Part shown: one piece after another, positions 45,089 to 54,249 of the stretch | How positions within the stretch are numbered: position 1 is the stretch's first letter | How the letters are laid out: each line of letters starts with the position of its first letter | From: Candidatus Krumholzibacteriia bacterium | GTDB taxonomy: Bacteria; Krumholzibacteriota; Krumholzibacteriia; JAJRXK01 | Assembly: GCA_041484665.1 (NCBI GenBank) | Contig: JBGPIA010000017.1 | Location: forward strand, 47,178-111,177 | Direction of reading: 5' to 3' | Length of the DNA stretch: 64,000 bases | The notes under the pieces: generated by a model | Seen by the model: the letters and a program-made list of their open reading frames with translations, nothing else | Told to the model about the DNA's origin: nothing | Databases searched by the model: none | Translations under genes and position numbers: made by a program

Positions 45089-45125
45089 TCTGCGAATCTG
45101 ACCATCCGATGGTCAGATTCGCAGA
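45089..45125. promoter_or_regulatory. Perfect 37-bp palindrome (18-bp arms, 1-nt spacer); possible operator or cruciform
   Basis: tctgcgaatctgaccatc-c-gatggtcagattcgcaga, intergenic between the anti-sigma and CHAT genes. Confidence 0.6.
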
Positions 45126-45238
45126 AGGTCAAGGCAACTGACCCACCACGCACCGGCCCGCGGCCCGAGCGGGGCCGCGCGCGGCTCATGGCTGGCTCCG
45201 CGCCTTCTCGTTTCGGGTTGGATCGACCGTGCCGAGCA

Positions 45239-45982
45239 TCACCTTGCACCGCCCGGCTGCTCGATCTGCACGCGGAAGCTCCACTCGTACGCTGCAGCGC
45301 CTGCCCCGTCCAAGCCGCCGCCGCGCAGACGCACGCGGTACGTGCCAGAGCGCAGGGGAACGGGCGCCTCGAGCACGACGAGTAGCGTGCTACGCCCAAG
45401 CTCCGATGGCGCCACGGGGATCGGAGGCATCGGACTGCCGGCGGGACCGGTCACCTCGATGGTCACCGGTTGCGAGCGATCCAGCGGCGCGGGGACGGCC
45501 AGCATGAGCACGAGCGAGCGCGAGCCGGCCGTCAGCGTCACGCTGCCCGACGCCCCGCGGACATTTGTCGGCGCCACCCACGGCGCGATCCAACCCGATT
45601 GGCCGGAGGCGGCTGGAGACGTCGTCGCCATCTGAGGCCGCAGTAGCAGCAGCGCGGCGATCGCCATCACACCCGCTCCGGCCAATCCCCCCATGAGCCA
45701 CGGCAGCCACGCTTGCCGCCCCGCCGCCACACGTAATCCGCGGGAGCGCGCCGCAGCCTGCGCCGGGTCGCGCAAGGCTCGCAGCGCACGTTGGCGGTCT
45801 GCGCGCAGGGCGGCCATGGCCGGTGCGGCGCTCTCGAGCGCTTCGAAGCAGAGGTTGCATTGCAGGGCATGGTCCTCGAGCGCCTGTCGCTGTGGGTCCG
45901 GGAGCGTCCCCAGCTCGTAGAAGGGGAGCAGCCGGGAGAGCTCATCGTGATCGCGCGCGGTGCCTTGCGCGTCTTCGTCCAT
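45239..45982 (-). CDS. zf-HC2 (ZAS) transmembrane anti-sigma factor
   Basis: LLPFYELGTL...EDHALQCNLC (HxxxCxxC); TM segment; small extracytoplasmic beta domain; overlaps the sigma-factor stop. Confidence 0.85.
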   Translation of the reverse strand: MDEDAQGTARDHDELSRLLPFYELGTLPDPQRQALEDHALQCNLCFEALESAAPAMAALRADRQRALRALRDPAQAAARSRGLRVAAGRQAWLPWLMGGLAGAGVMAIAALLLLRPQMATTSPAASGQSGWIAPWVAPTNVRGASGSVTLTAGSRSLVLMLAVPAPLDRSQPVTIEVTGPAGSPMPPIPVAPSELGRSTLLVVLEAPVPLRSGTYRVRLRGGGLDGAGAAAYEWSFRVQIEQPGGAR

Positions 45983-46575
45983 CACCCGCCGCCCTCCTTG
46001 TGCAGCTCCTGGAGGTCGCGCAGGAGCTTGGCCCGACACCGTGAGACCCGGCTGTCGATTGTGCCCGCCGGCTCTGGGGCGAATGAGCGGTGGATCTCCT
46101 CGCGGGTCGCCCCTTCCAGCAGCATCCGGAAGATGGCGCGGCAGGGAGGCGCGGTCAGCGCCAGCGCCTTCTCGAGCGAGTCCATCAGCTCAGCCTGGCC
46201 GGTCCCATCGTCGATCGCCGCACCAGCCGCCACGCCCACCGTGTCCCAGTCCAGCGTCGCCTCGGACACCGACACGTGCCGGCGTTGCTGGCGCTGCCGT
46301 TTCAGGTGGTTGCCGATCTTGTGGTGCAGGATCGTGAAGATCCAGGGGAGGAAGCCCCGGGGAAGCTCGGCATCCCGATATTTTTCGTACGCCGTACGCA
46401 GGGTGTCCTGGGCGAGATCCTCGGCGGCCTCTTGGTCCCAGACCTTCCTTTTCGCCAGCGCGTGAATCCTTGCGTGGAGCCGCTCGAACAGCAGACGCTC
46501 GGCCTCGCGGTCGCCTGCCCTGGCGCGCGCGACCAGGCCCTCGGACACGTCGCCAAATGGCTGGGGGTCGGGCAT
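45982..46575 (-). CDS. ECF RNA polymerase sigma factor
   Basis: LVARARAGDREA, AEDLAQDTL, FLPWIFTI, GTIDSRVSRCRAKL. Confidence 0.9.
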   Translation of the reverse strand: MPDPQPFGDVSEGLVARARAGDREAERLLFERLHARIHALAKRKVWDQEAAEDLAQDTLRTAYEKYRDAELPRGFLPWIFTILHHKIGNHLKRQRQQRRHVSVSEATLDWDTVGVAAGAAIDDGTGQAELMDSLEKALALTAPPCRAIFRMLLEGATREEIHRSFAPEPAGTIDSRVSRCRAKLLRDLQELHKEGGG

Positions 46576-46755
46576 GCGGTGATCCCCGTGGGCGTGGGGG
46601 GCCAGCGCGGTGGGCGCGCGGGCGGCGGATCGCGCGAGTGCGCCCGCGAAGGTACACGCTGCCGGGGGTAGTGTCTGCCTTGGCGCGCCGGGAGGGGAGG
46701 GTGAGTCCCACGGCGATCGGGCGCCAGGGGTCGGGTGGGTTCGGTCATTGCGGCC

Positions 46756-46783
46756 TGGACCGCCGGATCGAACCGCTGGTTCC
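46756..46783 (-). promoter_or_regulatory. Candidate ECF-type autoregulatory promoter
   Basis: Minus strand GGAACC-N17-GTCCA about 180 bp upstream of the sigma start; resembles ECF -35/-10 elements. Confidence 0.3.
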
Positions 46784-47285
46784 ACCCGCGAGTCGCTGTG
46801 AGCGACGCCTCGGAACGCAGCTCCACGTCGGAGGTGCGCAGGCTGAGGCCGTCGGGGGACACCCCCCGGGTCCCTCTTAAACTATTGTGTCACGTGGACT
46901 TGCCATGGATCGCTGGGTGGGGCAAGCCTGCGAGAGGCAGTGATCTCACCGCGGATCCTGCGCAATGTGGTTCCCTGCACACGCTCGAAAGCGTCCCCGA
47001 ACTTCATCGACGAGGCAAGGCTTCTGGCGATTCTCATCTGCTCGTGGTCCAGGCGAGCGCCGTATACTCACCACCAACACGCTCGAGTCACGGCCCTGAC
47101 GTCAGGGGCTTCGCTTTTCGCATGCGCAGCCCGACCCAGGACCCTGCCCGTCTGTTCGCTCATCAAGATTGGGGCGTATGGAGGGGTACACACGGCCCCG
47201 CGGACCGGGGTGACCGTCGCGATCCACGGCGCGAACCCGGCCAGGTCCGCTCGCACGGCCCACGTAAGCTGCGAGGAGACCGATC

Positions 47286-50072
47286 ATGAACGCCCGAGTG
47301 CTGGCGACCTTCCTGGTGCTGAACTTCCTGCTGCCCGCCGCTCGAGCGCACGCCCAGTGCGCCAGTTGGGTGCCAGGCCCCCTGGACAATGGACTGGACC
47401 CCAACGGCGCCAACAACACCATCTACGCGGCCATTTCCTGGGATCCAGACGACACCGGCCCGCTGGCGCCAAGGCTGGTTGTGGGTGGCACTTTCACCAG
47501 CATCGAAAACGTGGCCGCCCTGCACATCGCCCAGCGCGATCCGGCAACCGGCCTGTGGTCGCCGGTAGGCACCGGGCTCAACATGAACGTCTATTCCCTG
47601 GCGATCTACAACGGCCAGCTCGTCGCCGGCGGCGACGGCGATAACAACGTGGGCACCTTCGACCAGACCGTCCGGCGGTGGGACGGCTCTGCCTGGCAGA
47701 ACTTCGCCGCGACCAATACGGGCGATGTACTTGTGATGGAGGTGTACAACGGCTCCCTCTATATCGGGGGCACCTTCATGACCCACTTCGTTCCCCAGAC
47801 AAGCAATGACGCCTTCTTCATCGCGCGCTGGAATCCCGTCGCCAACTTGTGGGATGCCGTAGATCTAGCAGGATTCGGCAGCCAGACGAACACCGCCGTA
47901 TCCGCCCTCGCGGTCTATGGCGGCGACCTCTACGTCGGCGGTTGGATCAAGAACGCCAGCAGCCCTAGCGGGAGCGTGCTTCGGATCTCCCATGGAAACG
48001 CGGGCGGCTGGGCGGCGATCACCAATGGAACCGATGTCGGTGGGATCAACGATTTCGGCGTATTCGGCGGCGAGCTGATCGTCGCCGGCGGATACAACAC
48101 CATCAACGGAGTGGCGATCAACAACATCGCCGGTTGGAACGGCTCCTCGTTCCACGCATTCAGCACTGGCACCGCCGGATCGCCATTTGGTGGTGGGGTC
48201 TACAGCGTGACCGTGCACAACGGGATTGTGATCGCTGGCGTGTTCATTACGGCCAGTGGGCTGACGACCAACCATGTTGCATTCTGGCCTCCCGGCGGCT
48301 CCTCCTGGCAGCCGATGGGCGGTGGAACGGATAATTCGGTCCTCGATGTGGTCTCCTACGGCGGCGAGCTGGTTGCCGTCGGGGGCTTCACGGTGGCCGA
48401 GCGGACGGCCAACTACATCGCCCACTGGGACGGCTATCAGTGGGGCTCATTCGGAGGAGGCACAGGGAATTACGTGTTGGCCATGGCGACCTTCAACGGA
48501 CGCGTGGTGGCTGGGGGCGATTTCCACCAGTCCACACCCTCCCTGTCCAGCGCCCACAACATCGCATCCTGGAACGGCGGCGCGGCCCGCGTGTTCGGGG
48601 TGGGCATGAACGGGTCGGTCATGGCGCTGAAGGCGTTCAAGTATCCGGGCATCAACGGGTCCAATGAGCTCATCGCTGGCGGCGTGTTCAGCCGAGCTGG
48701 TGGAATTGCAGTCAATAACATCACGCGGTGGAACGAGAGCTTCATCGTGTTCCCGCCCTCCGCGTGGGCAGCAATGGGTAGCGGGTTCAACAACGCGGTC
48801 TACGCCATCGAGCGTTACAACAACATCACGTATGCCGGCGGGGCATTCACCGCCTCGGGCGCGACCGGCCTCAACCGCATCGCGAAGTGGAATGAGACCA
48901 CGGACGTATGGGAGCCCATGAGCTCCGGGATGAACGGCTTCGTCTATGCCATGAAGGTCTACAACGGCAATCTCTACGTGGGCGGCAATTTCACGACGGC
49001 AGGTGGCGTTGTGACCGGTGGGCTCGCGCGCTGGAACGGCAGCGCCTGGAGCTCGCTCGGTGGGCCCTCGCTGGGGGGCGTGCTGTCGCTGGAGGTGTAC
49101 AACAATCTGCTGGTGATCGGGGGCCAGTTCTCGGGCATCAGCGGCTCCCCCAACCTGATCGTGTATGACGGCGTCAACTTCTCGACACTCGGGACCGGCG
49201 GCGCGAACAACAACGTGCGTGCCCTGAAGGCCTTCGGCACCCGCCTCTACGCCGGGGGTGATTTCACCTCGATCGGCGGTGTCGCCGCCAATCGCATCGC
49301 GTACTGGGACGGCACGTGGCACGACCTCCACTACGGTACGGACAATATTGTCTTCGCGCTGGGCTCGTACACCAATGAGATCCACGTGGGGGGGAGCTTC
49401 CAGAACGTCGATTTCGGCGGCCCCATCCGGGCCACCGGCTCCCCCTTCTGGGGGCGGTACGACGAGACCGGATTGCCGTGGTTCTCCGCGAACCCTTCGT
49501 CGGTCACCGCGCAGCTGGGGGACAACGTTTCGTTCACTGCCCAGCTCGCCACCGGGTTCTTGGCGAGCTTTCAGTGGTATCACAACGACCTCCCGCTCTC
49601 GAACGGGCCGACCGGGAACGGCTCGACCATCGGCGGGGCCACCGCCTTGAGCCTCAGTATTACGAGTGCCGTCTGGACCGACCACGGGAGCTACCGGGTC
49701 GAGGCCACCAACAGCTGTGGCAGCACGAGCAGTTTCGCGGCCACCCTCGACTTCACCGGGGTGACCGCCGCGCCCTCGCCGGGAACGGTCGGGACCACCG
49801 TATTCGAGGCCCTGGGACCCAACCCCAGCGGGGGCGCGACGCAGCTCGCGTTCTCGCTGGCGAGCGATGCGGCGGTGCGCGTCCGCATCTATGACCTGGC
49901 GGGCCGATTGGTGCGTCACGTCGACCTGGGACGCCTGCCGGCGGGGCGCCATCTGGCGAGCTGGGACGCGCGCGACAACCACGGCCGGAAGGTGGCCGGC
50001 GGTTCCTACTTCGTGGGCGTGGACGTCGACGGCCGCTCGATCGGCGCCAAGCGCCTCACCGTCCTTCACTGA
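47286..50072 (+). CDS. Secreted Rax2-like/galactose-oxidase-type beta-propeller repeat protein with Ig and FlgD-Ig domains
   Basis: Repeated (L/Y)xxGGxFxxxGG...IAxW(N/D)GxxW units; Ig motif FQWYHN...GSYRVEATNSCG; tail PNPS...GSYFV. Confidence 0.87.
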   Translation: MNARVLATFLVLNFLLPAARAHAQCASWVPGPLDNGLDPNGANNTIYAAISWDPDDTGPLAPRLVVGGTFTSIENVAALHIAQRDPATGLWSPVGTGLNMNVYSLAIYNGQLVAGGDGDNNVGTFDQTVRRWDGSAWQNFAATNTGDVLVMEVYNGSLYIGGTFMTHFVPQTSNDAFFIARWNPVANLWDAVDLAGFGSQTNTAVSALAVYGGDLYVGGWIKNASSPSGSVLRISHGNAGGWAAITNGTDVGGINDFGVFGGELIVAGGYNTINGVAINNIAGWNGSSFHAFSTGTAGSPFGGGVYSVTVHNGIVIAGVFITASGLTTNHVAFWPPGGSSWQPMGGGTDNSVLDVVSYGGELVAVGGFTVAERTANYIAHWDGYQWGSFGGGTGNYVLAMATFNGRVVAGGDFHQSTPSLSSAHNIASWNGGAARVFGVGMNGSVMALKAFKYPGINGSNELIAGGVFSRAGGIAVNNITRWNESFIVFPPSAWAAMGSGFNNAVYAIERYNNITYAGGAFTASGATGLNRIAKWNETTDVWEPMSSGMNGFVYAMKVYNGNLYVGGNFTTAGGVVTGGLARWNGSAWSSLGGPSLGGVLSLEVYNNLLVIGGQFSGISGSPNLIVYDGVNFSTLGTGGANNNVRALKAFGTRLYAGGDFTSIGGVAANRIAYWDGTWHDLHYGTDNIVFALGSYTNEIHVGGSFQNVDFGGPIRATGSPFWGRYDETGLPWFSANPSSVTAQLGDNVSFTAQLATGFLASFQWYHNDLPLSNGPTGNGSTIGGATALSLSITSAVWTDHGSYRVEATNSCGSTSSFAATLDFTGVTAAPSPGTVGTTVFEALGPNPSGGATQLAFSLASDAAVRVRIYDLAGRLVRHVDLGRLPAGRHLASWDARDNHGRKVAGGSYFVGVDVDGRSIGAKRLTVLH

Positions 50073-50084
50073 GCAGAGACGCCG

Positions 50085-50117
50085 CGGTCGGGGGGCTCGC
50101 GGGAGCCCCTCCGACCG
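50085..50117 (+). terminator. GC-rich hairpin after the beta-propeller gene
   Basis: cggtcggggggctc-N4-gagcccctccgaccg, a stem with one bulge. Confidence 0.5.
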
Positions 50118-50278
50118 TCCGATCGTCGCCGCCCCACGATCAGCCCGAGGGCGTCAACTTCTACCGCGGCGCGATGTGCCCCGCTCGCGCCGTCGGTGGC
50201 GCCCTGCCCTACCCCACCTGCGTAAAGGGGTCGTTGCCACCCGTGAGTTCTACGTGACGCAGGATGCAGTCTAAGCGG

Positions 50279-50728
50279 ATGCGCTACACTGCGGGCCCCG
50301 CCGGTCGCAGGAGACCACCACGCATCTCCAACGTCGCCCCGGGAGCCGCGCCCCGTGAGCGCTTCCCGTACGCCACCCATCTCGATATCCTCCATGGCCC
50401 GCTTGAGGTCGTGGACGTCCAGTTGCTCGTCGATGCGTGCACGGACTGCTGGTACTACCAGACTCTTTGCCAGGTGAACGACTCGGTCTTGCGCCTGGGC
50501 GTCGTCCAGCGCGAGTACTACTGGCACGAGCATGAGGCTCTCGACGAGTTCTTCTACGTCGTGGAGGGCCACCTGCTGGTGGACGTGGGAGGTCGCACGG
50601 TCGACCTGGCCGAGCGCCCGGATTTCCTGGTGCCCAAGGGGATGATGCACCGCACGCGCGCGCCGCAGCGCACGGTGATCCTCATGATCGAGGAGTCCGC
50701 GATCGTCCCGACCGGTGATGAGGGATAG
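50279..50728 (+). CDS. Cupin domain protein (possibly decaying; start uncertain)
   Basis: QTLCQVNDSVLRLG, YWHEH..DEFFYVVEG, VPKGMMHRTRA. Confidence 0.75.
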   Translation: MRYTAGPAGRRRPPRISNVAPGAAPRERFPYATHLDILHGPLEVVDVQLLVDACTDCWYYQTLCQVNDSVLRLGVVQREYYWHEHEALDEFFYVVEGHLLVDVGGRTVDLAERPDFLVPKGMMHRTRAPQRTVILMIEESAIVPTGDEG

Positions 50729-52140
50729 GACGGGGCCGGTGGCGGCGGCGAAGCCTGCCCTGGACTTGCCTCCCCCCGCAGCGGGGTATGCCCGAGCCTG
50801 CCGCGCGCTGTTTCCCACCGGAACGGCAGCGCTACTGGACGGCCCCACCGCTCCCTCGAGACCGCGCTGTACCTCCGGCGCCGTCGCGATCCGCCGCGAG
50901 AGGCCCGCCGGCCTGACCTCGAAGGAGGGAAAGATAGGCCATTGACTTCCTCTGAGGTTCCGCAGTAATAAGAGCCCAGGCGTCGTCGCGGCAGCGTCTC
51001 TGCACGGTTCAGGGGGACGTCGCCTCTGGCTGGTTCTTACGCCCATGTCCATCCGCGCCCATATTCGATGGCCCGCCGTTTTCCCAGCGCTGGCCGCCGG
51101 TCTGACGGCGGCGGCCATTCGCGGCGCGTTCGATCTCTCCAGAGCCCGATCCCTCGAAGCGGACCTTCGCCAGCGCGTGCCGGAGAGTCGCGAAGTGTGG
51201 AGTCGGACCTTCGGGCGAATTCTCGAGCGGGTCGCGGACGATCCCCCGTTGCTCGCCGATGGCGATCGACTGCGCGGCTATCCTGGCCCCGGCCGGCAGG
51301 CTGATCTCGGCCGGGCGTTACGTCGGGGCCGTTCCCACCGCGTGCCGGCCACCCGATTTCTACCAGGCTCGGTAGGTCGACGAGCCTGGTCGGGAAAACT
51401 GGCGCGCCGCAGCCGCCGGGCCGCTTGTTCCCTGGGTGCAGCCCCCGGACACGTTGGGCCACCCCCACTAGCTGAACGCTGCAGACCCACAGCAAGAGTG
51501 GGGATCCGTTTTGCCCGGGCGGCCCAAGGCCCTCATGGTGCGCGCCGACCACGCCCTGGGGCCCGGGAGTGCACGCCGATCCGGGGGCTCGCCCAGCGAG
51601 TCGCGGGCCGTCTCCCGCCCTGGCGACACCTCGTGCCCCGGCGGCGTGACCGATCGACGGCCCCGGGGGCTCCTCGAGGACTGGTGTCGGGACGTGCCGT
51701 TGATCGTCGTGAGGGGTACGCTGGCTGGCCAGCTCACGGTCGGGACGCTCGAATGCGGGGAAATGGACTGCGTCCTGACGATGCAGCTCGCGCGCCCGGC
51801 CCCGGCAGTAGAGCACGGGAGGAAAGGACGCGGCGGATCCGCGATCGCGCTCGGGCTCAGACCGCCTTGCGGGAGGGCCGGCACGAAGTGGAGTGACGCT
51901 AAACCAAAACGGTCGGGCGCGAACCGGGCGGGCCCGAGTCTTGTGAAGTTGTGTTCGATGCGCCGTGGGGCTTGCTTACGAATCGACGGCGGCGCCTTGC
52001 TGGCATGCGGCGTGGCTGGCCTGCGCGGCAGGCAACATGTGGCGGCGCGGCTGCAGGTCCCACGTTCGCGTCGAGGGACTCGATCCCGGCCCGCAGGCAC
52101 CGGGCGGCTGCGAGCAAGGGGGGGGAGGAGGGAGTTTGCG

Positions 52141-53109
52141 ATGTCCAGTCATCGATCGACGGGGCGGGTCGCGCGGCAGGAGGAACGCTCGAGCTCAGGT
52201 GGCGAGGCGCGATGCCGGGAGGGTCCAGCGGCGGACACCGCAGGCGACGAATCCCGGAATACCAACGCCGACCTGATCCACCGAGAGAGCTCGCCGCTCA
52301 GCGTCATGACCGATCGGAGACAGTCCCATCAGCATCCGCAGTCCATCCAGGCACAGCTGAGCCAGTCCGCGGAAATGAGCGCCGTAATCCAGTTGGCGAA
52401 TGGCATCGCGAACGAGGTGGTGAATCCGCTGAGCATCGTGCAGCAGGGGCTCAGCTATATTCGTCAGAGCGACAGTGTGGGCCCTGAGCAGTTGGACGAG
52501 ACGCTCGCCATGCTGGAACATGCGGTGGTGCGCGTGGATCGGATCATCCGCGGACTCCTCACGTTCGCCCGGCGAGCACCGCTGCGTCTGGCCGCCGCTG
52601 ACTTGAATGCCGTGGTGCAAGCTGCCATCGCGCTGGTCGAGGAGCAGATCCACCTCCACGGCGTGGCGGTCAAACAGGAGCTGGCCAGCGATCTTCCGGC
52701 ACTGACAATCGATCAGAATCAGATGGAGCAGGTCCTGATCAACGTGATCACAAATGCGTATCACGCGATGCCCACCGGTGGAACGCTGACCCTTCGTACG
52801 GCGGTGGAGCCATTCCAGGGCACGGTTGGCGCTACGTCCGAGCGGGTACCCGGAGCCATGGACTCCGATCAGTCAGTTGTGGTCTGCGAAGTGAAGGACA
52901 CCGGTGTCGGGATTGCCCCCGAGCTGGTCGGCCGGGTATTCGACCCCTTCTTCACGACCAAGCCGCAGGGAAACGGCGCCGGACTAGGGCTGTCAATCGC
53001 GCAGGCGATCGTCGGCGCGCACCATGGGGTCATCAGCCTCGCGAGCGACGTCGGGTTGGGCACTACCGTAAGCATCGTCCTGCCGTTGAGTCAAAGCGAG
53101 GGTGGATGA
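52141..53109 (+). CDS. NtrB-type histidine kinase with the H-box His replaced by Asn
   Basis: GIANEVVNPL (H-box), QVLINVITNAYHAM, DTGVGI, FDPFFTTK, GAGLGLSI. Confidence 0.8.
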   Translation: MSSHRSTGRVARQEERSSSGGEARCREGPAADTAGDESRNTNADLIHRESSPLSVMTDRRQSHQHPQSIQAQLSQSAEMSAVIQLANGIANEVVNPLSIVQQGLSYIRQSDSVGPEQLDETLAMLEHAVVRVDRIIRGLLTFARRAPLRLAAADLNAVVQAAIALVEEQIHLHGVAVKQELASDLPALTIDQNQMEQVLINVITNAYHAMPTGGTLTLRTAVEPFQGTVGATSERVPGAMDSDQSVVVCEVKDTGVGIAPELVGRVFDPFFTTKPQGNGAGLGLSIAQAIVGAHHGVISLASDVGLGTTVSIVLPLSQSEGG

Positions 53110-53501
53110 GCAAGCGTAGAATCCTGGTGATCGACGACGAGATCGATCTCTGCAAGATCGTCAAACTGAACCTGGAGCGTACGCAGGAGTTCGAGGTCGT
53201 CATGGCCTTTTCGGGTGAAGATGGGATCCGGGAGGCACAGGCCTCGGAATTCGACCTCGTAATCACGGACTTCAACCTTCCCGGGATCAACGGTGGTGCG
53301 GTCGTCACCGCAATGAAGGCGATGAAGCCCGACAGTCCCGTTGTGCTTTGTACCGTCTACTACGATGACCCGGACACGATCGGCCCGGACGTACTGAAGA
53401 AAGTCGATGGCGTGATCACGAAGCCGTGCACGCACGACGAGATGTACCGGGTCGTGAAGAGCGCGCTCGAGAGGGGGCGGCGGGGAACGGTCGAGCCGTG
53501 A
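53106..53501 (+). CDS. Single-domain response regulator (REC)
   Basis: ILVIDDE, DLVITDFNLPGING, TKP; ATGA overlap with the kinase gene. Confidence 0.9.
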   Translation: MSKRRILVIDDEIDLCKIVKLNLERTQEFEVVMAFSGEDGIREAQASEFDLVITDFNLPGINGGAVVTAMKAMKPDSPVVLCTVYYDDPDTIGPDVLKKVDGVITKPCTHDEMYRVVKSALERGRRGTVEP

Positions 53502-53862
53502 GGATCGCGGGTCGGCCGCGTGTGCCACGGCTTCATGCAGACCAGGCGCGACGGTAGCAGCGCAGGGTTCTTCCCCGTCGCCCCCGCAAGCGCCGGTGTC
53601 TGGTTCGAGACGGTTCCCGGCCGGGTCTGCTTGGACGATTTCGTCACCAAGGAGCGTCACGATCGTCCGAAAACGGGCTTCCGGTTTCGGCCGAACGACG
53701 GCGACACCCGGGGGCGGCCGTCCATGCCGTTCCCCGATTCTCCGACCCTCGCCCGGCATGCCAGCCCTGGGGTCACCCCCAGAGAATTCGCAATGCGGCC
53801 GGCGACGCCGCACCGGGGCGGCGCGATGGCACGCTCCCACCGCAACGGCGCCCTGGCATTGC

Positions 53863-54249
53863 CTATCTCAGCATCGCGCGATCGCCGATGGTGTGCTTCA
53901 CACACGACAGCAGCACGTGATTGTCCACCGGCTTCTGGAAGAAGGCTCGGGCACCTGCCCTCGTCGCGCGCTCGCGATTGCCTTCCACCTCACGCCCTGT
54001 GATCACGATGATCGGCACCGTCGCTGTACTGCTGAGCTTCTGCATCCGGTCCATCACAACGAATCCGTCCCCACCCGGGAGCCCGATATCGAGCAGGACA
54101 AGGTCCGGCACATTCCTGCGCGCCATCGCGAGCGCCATGACTCCATCCGCCGCCGACGCTACCTCGTACCCGTTCGCCCGCAGCCGAAGCTCCAGATATC
54201 GCATCGTAACAGAGTCGTCCTCCACGACGAGGATTCTCCGTCCGTTCAT
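53863..54249 (-). CDS. Single-domain response regulator (REC)
   Basis: ILVVEDD, DLVLLDIGLPGGDG, ITG, QKP. Confidence 0.9.
   Translation of the reverse strand: MNGRRILVVEDDSVTMRYLELRLRANGYEVASAADGVMALAMARRNVPDLVLLDIGLPGGDGFVVMDRMQKLSSTATVPIIVITGREVEGNRERATRAGARAFFQKPVDNHVLLSCVKHTIGDRAMLR

Noticed and set aside
50942..50971. Sigma70-like promoter TTGACT...TAATAA
   Set aside because: Weak -10 match and imperfect spacing; the downstream ORF is degraded.
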